Assembly: GCA_963700285.1 (NCBI GenBank)
Contig: CAVOXA010000010.1
Coordinates: 512,001-576,000, forward strand
Direction: 5' to 3'
From: an uncultured Chloroflexia bacterium
GTDB taxonomy: Bacteria > Chloroflexota > Anaerolineae > JAAYZQ01
DNA length: 64,000 nucleotides
A model generated the notes under the pieces. The model saw nothing but the letters and a program-made list of their open reading frames with translations. It was not told the DNA's origin and ran no database searches. Positions 29,606 through 38,037 of the stretch are shown here, in pieces (position 1 is the stretch's first letter; every line of letters starts with the position of its first letter). Both the position numbers and the translations under genes were made by a program.

Positions 29606-30961
29606 ATGCCCAAATCGGCTCGGAAGCAATCTCTGATCAGGGATGCCCAACACCTGTTTGAAGCACGGGGGCACGACGAGGCAGACCGCCAGGCCCCTAC
29701 CATCGTCCGCGAGGCGGGTGGCATTCGGGTGACTGACGTGGAGGGCCAGAGTTATCTCGACGGCCTTTCAGGTATCTGGACGGTAAACATCGGCCACGGC
29801 AACCGGGCGGTGGTCGAGGCCATGACCGAACAGTTGCAGCGCTTCAGCTTCAGTTGGCCCGAGGGGACCCTCAGCGAAGCGGCCATACGGCTGGGGCGCC
29901 TGTTGGCCGAGATCACCCCGCCCGAGCTGACCACCGTCCTACTGGTCAACAGCGGGTCCGAGGCCACCGAGGCGACACTCAAGCTGGCGCGCCAATACTG
30001 GCTGCAAACTGGGCATCCCCGCAAGACCAAGATCCTGGGCCGTTACCTGTCCTGGCATGGCTCGACGATGGGCGCCCTGAGCATGGGCGGCACCACACCC
30101 TGGAAGGAACCGTTCGGACCATTCCTGGCGGAATGCCGCCACGTGGCCCCGCCCTACTGCTACCGCTGCCCCTACGGCCTGACCTACCCGGCCTGCGACC
30201 TGGCCTGCGCGCGGGTCATCGAAAATGTAATCGAGTGGGAAGATCCCGAGACCGTGGCTGCCATCATTCTGGATCCGGTCATGGTTTCGGCCGGCATCCT
30301 GGTACCACCACAGGGGTACCTCACAACAGTACGCGAGATCTGCCAACGCACCGGGACGCTTCTTATCTTTGACGAGGTGATCACCGGCTTTGGACGCACC
30401 GGTGAGATGTTCGCCATGGACACCTTTGATGTGGTGCCCGACATTGTGGCCCTGGCCAAGGGCATGAGTAGCGGCTACGCTCCCCTGGCCGGTATCGTCG
30501 CTGCCGAGCGGGTCGCAGGCGAATTCTGGGGCGCGGGCAAGGCTTTCCACCACGGCCATACTTTTGGCGGAAACCCGGTCTCGGCGGCGGCCGGCGTGGC
30601 CAATATCACCCAGATCCTGGAGGGCGGCCTGATCGATAATGCCAGGCGAGTGGGGGTCTATCTCCAGCAGCAAGGGCAGGTACTGCGGAAACAGCCTATC
30701 GTGGGTGATGTACGCGGGGTCGGCCTGATCCTAGGCACCGAGTTGGTGGCAGATCCCGGGAGCCGGGAGCGCTTCCCAGCCCAGGTGGAGCCGGGTCTCA
30801 GAATCCAGGCTGCGGCAAAGCAGCGTGGCTTGCTGCTGCGCGCCAGCCCCAATTGGATAGCCCTGGCCCCGCCCCTGATCACGAGAGAAAGCGAGATCGA
30901 CGAGATGCTAAGCATCGTCCAGGCCAGCATTGAGGAGGTACAAGCTCAAATCTTGCTCTGA
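29606..30961 (+). CDS. Class III PLP aminotransferase (omega-amine/BioA-like)
   Basis: AGGAGG RBS. SGSEATE, WHG, DEVITGFGRTG, LAKG and HGHTFGG motifs. Confidence 0.92.
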   Translation: MPKSARKQSLIRDAQHLFEARGHDEADRQAPTIVREAGGIRVTDVEGQSYLDGLSGIWTVNIGHGNRAVVEAMTEQLQRFSFSWPEGTLSEAAIRLGRLLAEITPPELTTVLLVNSGSEATEATLKLARQYWLQTGHPRKTKILGRYLSWHGSTMGALSMGGTTPWKEPFGPFLAECRHVAPPYCYRCPYGLTYPACDLACARVIENVIEWEDPETVAAIILDPVMVSAGILVPPQGYLTTVREICQRTGTLLIFDEVITGFGRTGEMFAMDTFDVVPDIVALAKGMSSGYAPLAGIVAAERVAGEFWGAGKAFHHGHTFGGNPVSAAAGVANITQILEGGLIDNARRVGVYLQQQGQVLRKQPIVGDVRGVGLILGTELVADPGSRERFPAQVEPGLRIQAAAKQRGLLLRASPNWIALAPPLITRESEIDEMLSIVQASIEEVQAQILL

Positions 30962-30971
30962 GCCCACTCCA

Positions 30972-30998
30972 GTAAGGCAAGATGGCATCTTGCCCTAC
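30972..30998. repeat. REP-like palindrome
   Basis: GTAAGGCAAGATGGCATCTTGCCCTAC, same family as the copies at 4580 and 4678. Confidence 0.7.
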
Positions 30999-31087
30999 GG
31001 AGAGCAATCAAGTCACGGACTTGGTACTGAGAGCATCCTGCAGCTTGGTCCAATGCCGGTTATGCTACCCTGAGGAGAGTGAGAATC

Positions 31088-32035
31088 ATGGCACAAATCA
31101 TCACGGTCTGCGGCCCGATAGCGCCGGACGAACTGGGCTTCACGCTGCCGCACGAACATATCTTTATCGATCTGACCGCCTTTCCTGGCGGCATCACGAT
31201 GCACGGCCTGGACGGATTTATCGACCCGGTGCGGCACACGGACATCATGATCCAGGAAGTGAGAGCCTTCCAAGCTGCTGGAGGCAGCAGCATCGTCGAC
31301 GTCACCTGCCGGAATATGGGGGGGGATACGCGGGCGCTCAAGGGTGTGGCCGAGGCGACCGGCGTCCACATCATCGCAGGCTGCGGCTGGTACCGGGAAT
31401 CCTACATGGATCATGACCTCTACTACCGGTCCACGAACGAGCTGGCGGAGAGTCTGATCAACGAGATCGAACATGGCCTGGGCGACACCGGCATCCGGCC
31501 GGGCATCCTGGGTGAGATCGGCGTGAACTATAACCACTACCACCTGTCGGCCAAGGAGGAGCGCTGTCTGCGGGCCGTGGCCAAGGCGCAGCAGCATTCG
31601 GGCCTGGCCGTCACCACCCACCTGCCCAAAGCCAGGGTTGCCCACGAGGTCCTGGACGTTCTGGGTGAACATGGCGTTCCGGCGGAGCGCGTCATCCTTG
31701 GGCACTCGGATGCCTACAAGGATGCTGGCTACCATGCCTCGCTGATGCAACGAGGGGCCTACGTGCAGTATGACAATATCGGTTCGACCCTGGACGCGCC
31801 CTGGGGCGAGTCAGAGTTGCTCGACCTGATGGTCGAATTGCTGGGCCAGGGCTACGTGGAGCGGGTCCTGCTGTCACAAGACATCTGTGGTCGCAGCCAT
31901 ATGAAGTATTATGGCGGCCGGGGCTTTGACTATATCGCCACCGAGTTCCTGCCCTTGCTCCGGGAGCGGGGTATCAGCGAGGAGCAGATCCAGATCATGA
32001 CGGTGGAGAATCCCAAGCGGGTTCTCGCAGTGTAG
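31088..32035 (+). CDS. Phosphotriesterase-homology (PHP/PLL) protein
   Basis: TLPHEH, GEIG (Glu type), TTH, GHSD, LSQD and ENPKR motifs. Confidence 0.9.
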   Translation: MAQIITVCGPIAPDELGFTLPHEHIFIDLTAFPGGITMHGLDGFIDPVRHTDIMIQEVRAFQAAGGSSIVDVTCRNMGGDTRALKGVAEATGVHIIAGCGWYRESYMDHDLYYRSTNELAESLINEIEHGLGDTGIRPGILGEIGVNYNHYHLSAKEERCLRAVAKAQQHSGLAVTTHLPKARVAHEVLDVLGEHGVPAERVILGHSDAYKDAGYHASLMQRGAYVQYDNIGSTLDAPWGESELLDLMVELLGQGYVERVLLSQDICGRSHMKYYGGRGFDYIATEFLPLLRERGISEEQIQIMTVENPKRVLAV

Positions 32036-32136
32036 AAAAACTCTCCCGCGGGTTTGTTGAGAACTAAACCACTTTGAAATTGAGGCAATGGGGGAGCAGG
32101 GGTGGAGAGCCAGGTAGAAACATAGGGGACCGCTGC

Positions 32137-32351
32137 CTGGTAGAGCTGCTCTATGCGGGTGATCACCTGGTACAGGGTGAACTGTCCTGCGACAGGCTCC
32201 CGGTCGCGACAGCCCACAGCGGCAGCCTCGGCAGAGTCGTTCAGTAGGGTACGTGCAGCAGCAGCCCAGGTGGCTGGGTCGCCCGGCGGGGCAAGGTAGC
32301 TGGTCTAGCCATCGACGATCTCGGGGCAGCCATTGAGGGCATGGCGACGAC
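32137..32351 (-). pseudogene. C-terminal remnant of a GT4 glycosyltransferase
   Basis: The minus strand reads VVA/ALNGCPEIVDG*TSYLAPPGDPATWAAAARTLLND...QFTLYQVITRIEQLYQ, with an in-frame stop and a frameshift. Confidence 0.75.
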
Positions 32352-32399
32352 GGTCATTGTGGGCCTGAATGCTATCTCCGACCCTCCCCAGCCTTTCCC

Positions 32400-34034
32400 T
32401 CACTGCGACACAAAGATCGGATCGGCCGTCATCTGGAGTTGAATGGCCCCGTTCTTTACCCCATCCGCGTCTCCTGCACCGCCGTCATCGACAAAGGTCA
32501 CGCTACCCAGGAGATCGACCATGCGCAGCCTGCTGGTTAGGGCAAAAGTCAATGGGGCTGTCGCACCGCTATCCGGATCGACAACACCCCAGGCTACGGT
32601 CTTTTCATGATGCGCAGCATCATGGAAGACATAGCCCTCTACATCAGGAACGTCCAGGGCGCGGGTGTAAGTATGGCCCCCCAATTCAAAAGTCAGCGTC
32701 CGGTAGGCATGGAAAGCCGGTTTGGGCGACCAGTCCTCCTGGTACAAAAGCCCTTGTGTATGATAGTCGTAGGGCGGAGAGACCAGGACGAACCAAACAA
32801 TGTTCTGCACACCAGCCGCCAGACCGCGGGCGTATCCCTGGACCACGTAGCGGGCTTGCTGAGCCAAGGAAGCGGGGTTGTCGGGATAACCGTGCTCGCC
32901 CAGTTCAGTGACCCAAACCGGCTTGTCCAGGCCATAGCAGGTGCGCATGCGGTTTGCGACGTGGGATATCTTGGCAATCAGATCGATGCCCCCTGCCTCG
33001 TAGGTTCTGCCCTCGCCGTCGAACAGGTCGCCGCAGGTGGGAGCCGGCAGCCAACCGTTAATCCGATCCTCGCTGTTTGGATCCCAGCGCTCCCACTCTT
33101 TGTGGAAATCGGGAAAGTAGTGGAGGTTGGTCACGTCCCAGGGAAAGCTGTCGTCAGGACCGGCAGCTTTGATGACCTCATCAGGGAAATAGCGGTAGAA
33201 GGGGCCACCATATTCGAGGAACCAGTCGTGGGCTACGCCACCCATCAGGACAGTCGCACCCGGATCCGCAGCTTTGACGACCTGGTAGGCCACGGCAAGC
33301 ATCTCCGCATACCTGTCGCCATTGAGGCCCCAGCCCCCCCTGTAGTCGTCCAGGAAGGTCCGGTCGGGCTCGTTAAACAGTTCCCAATAGCGGATGTCGT
33401 AGGGAGGCTGTTTGTAGCGATCCACCAGGTCGGACAGGAATTGGGCAAACTCATCCAGCCGATCACGGTGGATAGGACCATTGGCCAGGTCTCCTGCCCA
33501 CTCGGGGACGTTTTCGACGTGGGCGATCATCTGTACTCCTGTCTCGGCCACCAGGCGAAGCTTGTCGTCATGGTAGGGGCCCCATACATAGTCGGCCGGC
33601 GGCGGACCAGGCTGGATCATGCCCCAGTCGATGCGTACGCGAGCCCAGCAGGCCCCACTGGCCTTCAGCCCATCGGTCAAAGCGGGAAAGGCTTCGTTAT
33701 GTTGGGCCATCCATTCGGCCTCAGCCTGGGGCATCGCCGAACCAACTTCGGCCGGCGCTATCTGGTGCAATGCCGCGATCTGAATTCCAAAGGGTGAGTC
33801 TGTCGAACAGGGAAACCGCTCGCTGGCGACGAGAGGTAGAAAAGCAGACGTGGCTGCGCCCGTTGCGGGTTGTCCGCTGGCCACCGCGGTGCTCAAACTG
33901 CCGTCTGCCTGCTGCCGGGGTAGGTCATTATTCCCTGAAAGTACCACGCCAGATGGCATTGGCGCGGACAGAACGGGTATGACAAGGATCAGAGATACAA
34001 GCAGAAAGATTGTCGTCACTTTCGGTACCTTCAT
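32400..34034 (-). CDS. Secreted clan GH-A glycoside hydrolase (GH5/GH39-like)
   Basis: Signal peptide, AFLPLVA motif, acid/base WELFNEPD and nucleophile VWVTELG. Confidence 0.82.
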   Translation of the reverse strand: MKVPKVTTIFLLVSLILVIPVLSAPMPSGVVLSGNNDLPRQQADGSLSTAVASGQPATGAATSAFLPLVASERFPCSTDSPFGIQIAALHQIAPAEVGSAMPQAEAEWMAQHNEAFPALTDGLKASGACWARVRIDWGMIQPGPPPADYVWGPYHDDKLRLVAETGVQMIAHVENVPEWAGDLANGPIHRDRLDEFAQFLSDLVDRYKQPPYDIRYWELFNEPDRTFLDDYRGGWGLNGDRYAEMLAVAYQVVKAADPGATVLMGGVAHDWFLEYGGPFYRYFPDEVIKAAGPDDSFPWDVTNLHYFPDFHKEWERWDPNSEDRINGWLPAPTCGDLFDGEGRTYEAGGIDLIAKISHVANRMRTCYGLDKPVWVTELGEHGYPDNPASLAQQARYVVQGYARGLAAGVQNIVWFVLVSPPYDYHTQGLLYQEDWSPKPAFHAYRTLTFELGGHTYTRALDVPDVEGYVFHDAAHHEKTVAWGVVDPDSGATAPLTFALTSRLRMVDLLGSVTFVDDGGAGDADGVKNGAIQLQMTADPIFVSQ

Positions 34035-34174
34035 AGGTCACTACATCCCATGGAACCTGGAACCCATCTGATCGCAGAGAGGACAGGCCGGGCTCCTTGC
34101 TCCCTGAATGCCTGGCCATGCCCCCTTCTCGTAGAACGGCTGATCCCCGTGGGCTACTTTGTCTGAACGATGGC

Positions 34175-34203
34175 ATTATAGCATCTTGCCAAGGGACCGT
34201 CAA
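34175..34203 (-). promoter_or_regulatory. sigma70 promoter for the GH gene
   Basis: Minus strand TTGACG-17 nt-TATAAT with a TGn extension. Confidence 0.75.
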
Positions 34204-34215
34204 GCGCCCAGCAAT

Positions 34216-34246
34216 AGAAAAGGCCCAGCCGTTTGGCTGGGCCTTT
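34216..34246 (-). terminator. Rho-independent terminator of the yedE-tusA-csd operon
   Basis: GGCCCAGCC-AAAC-GGCTGGGCC followed by TTTTCT on the minus strand. Confidence 0.8.
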
Positions 34247-34287
34247 GGTGACATGCCATAGCTGCGTACGCTGGCTTGTCTAGTAGC

Positions 34288-35454
34288 CTAGCCCTTTCCC
34301 TTGGCAATCTCACGGACAGCGCCTATTGCGACGTCCACTTGGTCCAATGTGTTAAAGGTGCCCAGTCCAAAGCGGACTGTGCCCCTGGGAAAAGTACCCA
34401 GGGTCCTGTGTGCGGCGGGAGCGCAGTGCAGCCCCACGCGGCACATGATGCCATCGTCGTCGTCCAGGCGCAACCCCACCTCCGATGGGGCCAGACCTTC
34501 GACGTTGAAGGCAATGGTCGCCGTCTGGCAGGTCGCATCCCGGCCGCCGTATAGGGCCACCCCCGGGATATCACACAGACCGTCAATGAGTCGCTGGGCC
34601 AGTTCAATCTCGTGCTTGCGGATGGCATCCACACCACGGTCCATCACCCAGCGCACGCCAGCGAGCAGCCCGGCCAGGCCGACGGTGTTGGGAGTGCCAC
34701 TTTCGCACATATCGGGCAAAAAGTCGGGCTGCTCTTCGCGCTCAGAGCGGCTTCCGGTGCCCCCTCGCTTGAGAGGCACGAAGCGCTCCAGCTCCACGCG
34801 CTCGCCGATGACCAGACCTCCGGTACCCATGGGGCCGCCCAACGCCTTGTGGCCGGTGAAGGCCAGGAGATCAATCCCCTCATCTTCCATGTCGATGGGA
34901 TAGGCGCCAGCCGTCTGGGCTACGTCCACCAGCAGCAGGCAGCCGTGCCGTCGGGCCGCCTGACCAGCCTCCCGCACGGGCAGGAGCGAGCCACAGACGT
35001 TCGAGGCGTGGTTGAGGACGACCATGGCCGTCCCGGGGCGCAGGGCGGCCTGAAGGTCGGCAGGATCGAGAAAGCCCTGCGGCGAGCAGGGAACCACGGT
35101 CAGCTCGATGGGCCCGCCGCCCTCGCCCGCCGCCAGAGCGCGCAGGGGACGCATCACCGAGTTGTGCTCCATGCTGCTGGTAACCACGTGATCGCCGGGG
35201 CGGAGGTAACCGCACAGGGCCAGGTTGAGGGCTTCGGTAACGTTGGCGCCAAAGACCACGCGCAGCGGGTCGGCAACGTTAAAGAGATCGGCTATCGCTT
35301 CTCGGGCACCATAGACGATGCGCCCTGCTTCCAGCGAGAGGCGGTGCCCCGAGCGCCCTGGATTGGCGCCGACGTGGTCCATGAAATGAACCATGGCCTC
35401 AACTACGCCAGGTGGTTTGGGCCAGGAGGTAGCAGCGTTGTCGAAGTAGATCAT
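34288..35454 (-). CDS. Cysteine desulfurase/selenocysteine lyase (class V aminotransferase)
   Basis: IYFDNAATSWPKP, MEHNS, FTGHK, ESGTPN and RVGLHCAP motifs. Confidence 0.92.
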   Translation of the reverse strand: MIYFDNAATSWPKPPGVVEAMVHFMDHVGANPGRSGHRLSLEAGRIVYGAREAIADLFNVADPLRVVFGANVTEALNLALCGYLRPGDHVVTSSMEHNSVMRPLRALAAGEGGGPIELTVVPCSPQGFLDPADLQAALRPGTAMVVLNHASNVCGSLLPVREAGQAARRHGCLLLVDVAQTAGAYPIDMEDEGIDLLAFTGHKALGGPMGTGGLVIGERVELERFVPLKRGGTGSRSEREEQPDFLPDMCESGTPNTVGLAGLLAGVRWVMDRGVDAIRKHEIELAQRLIDGLCDIPGVALYGGRDATCQTATIAFNVEGLAPSEVGLRLDDDDGIMCRVGLHCAPAAHRTLGTFPRGTVRFGLGTFNTLDQVDVAIGAVREIAKGKG

Positions 35455-35574
35455 GGGTTGCCCTCCATTTGCGAGCAAACGACGAAAGGTGTGAGCGGTC
35501 TTTCGCAGCGACAGTCGCTTATCGTCGCTAGCCGACCAGACAGCGTCTTATGTCACTTGAGCTCGCCGATGACC

Positions 35575-35799
35575 TCACCTGGTCAAGAGTAGCTTGAATC
35601 CATCCTTGACGTCCTGAACCTCTACCCGCCAGCCCTCCTTGCGGGCCATACGCGAAACATTGTCACGGGATGTCCCGGTTTCCACCCAGACCTCCAGAAC
35701 CCCCTCCCCAGCCGCCATCGCGTTGCGGGTCATGATCACAGGCTGGGGGCAAGATAAGCCTCGAGCATCGATTTTGCGGACCGGTGTATCCTTTGACAT
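35575..35799 (-). CDS. TusA/SirA (YedF-like) sulfur/selenium carrier
   Basis: IDARGLSCPQPVI motif. Confidence 0.92.
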   Translation of the reverse strand: MSKDTPVRKIDARGLSCPQPVIMTRNAMAAGEGVLEVWVETGTSRDNVSRMARKEGWRVEVQDVKDGFKLLLTR

Positions 35800-35827
35800 G
35801 GTCATACTCCCTTTCGCATCTTACTCA

Positions 35828-36937
35828 TCACTCGTACTTCTCACGCATGGCAAAGCCTAGGAGCACGCAGACCAGTAGGCCCACCATCACGGCGGCCATG
35901 CCCCAGGGCGATGGCCCGCCTACCGTACCCGTCGCCACATTGTCAGGCCGGGCGGCCAGGTTGAAGTTGTGGGCAAAGGCTGCTCCCGTGAACATACCCA
36001 GGACAAAAACTCCGGCATCACCATCCCCCTCGCCAGACATGAAGAGCTGGCGACCAGGGCAACCCCCAGCCAGGGCAAAGGCTAGACCGGCCAGTACCAT
36101 CCCCAAGAAGTTCCAGAGTTGATTGCTGTGGGCAACTGGTTGGCCAAAGATCCCTGGATTAAACTGACCGAGGATCAAGTTCACCACAAAGGCGGCCACG
36201 AGCAACCCGACTACACCACTGATGAGGTGCGTATCCCGCATTAGGATCACATCCCGCACGGAACCCATGGTGCAGAACCGGGTGCGCTGGGCGAGGATAC
36301 CGACGACCAGACCAGCCAGCAGCGAGATAATGAGGGGTGCATACTGGGAACCGGGCCCAGCCTCACTGGTAAAGATCGGTCCCCCCTCAGAGAAAGTTGG
36401 CTTGAATATGGCCAGCAACAGGAAAAAGACCATGAGGCTGGGCACGATCCAGCCCACCGCCGCGCGGGTGGGCCGCGAGCGCCCCAGATTGTAACCACTT
36501 CTCAGAAACCACACGCCGATACTGACGCCTACAGTTAGACCGATCAAGCCCACAACAGCATTCAAGTCGCCGCCGGCCAGACGGAACAACGCCCGCCATG
36601 GACAGCCGAGAAAGACGAGCGCCCCGATCATGGCAAAGACGCCCAGGAAGAAGCGCGCGATAGGGGCTGACCCGGTTCGGGCTTTGAACTCCTTGAAAAG
36701 CAGGGCGGCGAGGGTCGCTCCCAGGACAAAGCCAAAGATTTCAGGGCGCAGGTATTGTACCGCAGCCGCCCGGTGCAGGCCGAGCGCCCCGGCAATGTCC
36801 CGCTCGAAACAGGCCACGCAGATCCCCATGTTCCCGGGGTTGCCCAGCTTCTGCAGCAAGGCGGCCAGGACCCCAATGATCGCTCCCACGATGACGATGC
36901 CCTTTCGCGACGCGAAAAAGCGCGTAGCTGATGCCAT
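35828..36937 (-). CDS. yedE: YedE/YeeE family putative selenium/sulfur-compound transporter
   Basis: GNPGNMGICVACFERD, FLGCP, QRTRFC and GGCPGRQ motifs, with many transmembrane segments. Confidence 0.88.
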   Translation of the reverse strand: MASATRFFASRKGIVIVGAIIGVLAALLQKLGNPGNMGICVACFERDIAGALGLHRAAAVQYLRPEIFGFVLGATLAALLFKEFKARTGSAPIARFFLGVFAMIGALVFLGCPWRALFRLAGGDLNAVVGLIGLTVGVSIGVWFLRSGYNLGRSRPTRAAVGWIVPSLMVFFLLLAIFKPTFSEGGPIFTSEAGPGSQYAPLIISLLAGLVVGILAQRTRFCTMGSVRDVILMRDTHLISGVVGLLVAAFVVNLILGQFNPGIFGQPVAHSNQLWNFLGMVLAGLAFALAGGCPGRQLFMSGEGDGDAGVFVLGMFTGAAFAHNFNLAARPDNVATGTVGGPSPWGMAAVMVGLLVCVLLGFAMREKYE

Positions 36938-36963
36938 GTTGAACTCCTTTCTGTTGCGCCGAT

Positions 36964-36992
36964 TTGACCTGCTGCTGCTTTATGAGTATACT
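36964..36992 (+). promoter_or_regulatory. sigma70 promoter for lysR
   Basis: TTGACC-17 nt-TATACT. Confidence 0.7.
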
Positions 36993-37000
36993 GCCTTTGT

Positions 37001-37035
37001 ATAATCAAATGTTATATAACATATAGGATATGTTA
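37001..37035. promoter_or_regulatory. LysR-type operator palindromes
   Basis: ATAA-N7-TTAT (37001-37015) and TAACATAT-AGG-ATATGTTA (37017-37035). Confidence 0.65.
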
Positions 37036-37036
37036 A

Positions 37037-37065
37037 ATTATATCAGACTGTGCGGTGCGTGTCAA
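37037..37065 (-). promoter_or_regulatory. Consensus sigma70 promoter for the yedE operon
   Basis: Minus strand TTGACA-17 nt-TATAAT, a perfect match. Confidence 0.85.
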
Positions 37066-38037
37066 ATGAACCTGGAACATCTGCGGACTCTTATAGCAAT
37101 CGCGGAGCAGGGAAGCCTGTCTGCGGCGGCCCGGGCGAAACGGGTTAGCCAACCGGCAGTCACCAAGCAGGTGCAGAGGATTGAAGCAGAGTTGGGACTG
37201 TCACTGCTGGTGCGAGGGCCCAAGAGGCAGGCCGAGTTGACGCCCGCTGGTGAGCAAGTGGTAGCCTTTGCCCGCGAAACCCTGGCGCGCTATGAGGCTC
37301 TACAAAGGGAACTGGCTAACCTCAAAACCGTAGGGCAGGGCTTGATAGCCTTGGCATCTAGCACGATCCCAGGCGAGTACGTGCTACCAGGCCTGTTGGC
37401 AGCCTTCCGAACCGAGTACCCGCAGATCAAAGTGGAGATGACCATTTCGGATACCGCCGATGTCGCCACCAGATTGCTGGCCAATGAGGCGGATGTGGGT
37501 GTGATCGGCTCTACCATCCGGCGACCGGGGCTGCGTCTGGAGCGCCTCATGGGCGACGAGGTTGTCCTAGCGGTGCCGCCGGACCACTCTTTTGCCAGGC
37601 GGGAATGGGTCGAGGTGGAGGAGCTGAGGGGCAAACCGCTTGTGCTGCGCGAAGAGGGCTCAGGAACCCGGAGGAGTGTGGAAGCAGCCTTCGCTGCCGC
37701 CGGTATTGCGCTACCAACAGACAGCGTGGCTCTGGTACTGGGCAGTACCCAGGCTATCCTGCAGGCAGTGGGCCAGGGATTGGGACTGGGCTTTGTATCG
37801 GCGCGGGCAGCAGCCCAGGCCGAGGCGGACGGGCACATAGCCTGCGTTGGACTGGAGGGTGTGGATCTCCGCCGGGATCTGTACCTGGCCTATCTGCCCC
37901 AGCGGGCCGGCGATCCGTTGGTGGCACGGTTCCTGGCTTTCGCGCGGGAGCGATTTGGCGAAGCGGACCCTTTGGCTAGGTCCTTCGAAGATCCAGCTTG
38001 CGTTCCAGACGTTCCAGCCTGTGCTGGAGGTCGGTGA
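37066..38037 (+). CDS. LysR family regulator (selenium-metabolism-associated type)
   Basis: HTH SLSAAA...SQPAVT, plus SSTIPGEYVLP and REEGSGTR motifs. Confidence 0.9.
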   Translation: MNLEHLRTLIAIAEQGSLSAAARAKRVSQPAVTKQVQRIEAELGLSLLVRGPKRQAELTPAGEQVVAFARETLARYEALQRELANLKTVGQGLIALASSTIPGEYVLPGLLAAFRTEYPQIKVEMTISDTADVATRLLANEADVGVIGSTIRRPGLRLERLMGDEVVLAVPPDHSFARREWVEVEELRGKPLVLREEGSGTRRSVEAAFAAAGIALPTDSVALVLGSTQAILQAVGQGLGLGFVSARAAAQAEADGHIACVGLEGVDLRRDLYLAYLPQRAGDPLVARFLAFARERFGEADPLARSFEDPACVPDVPACAGGR

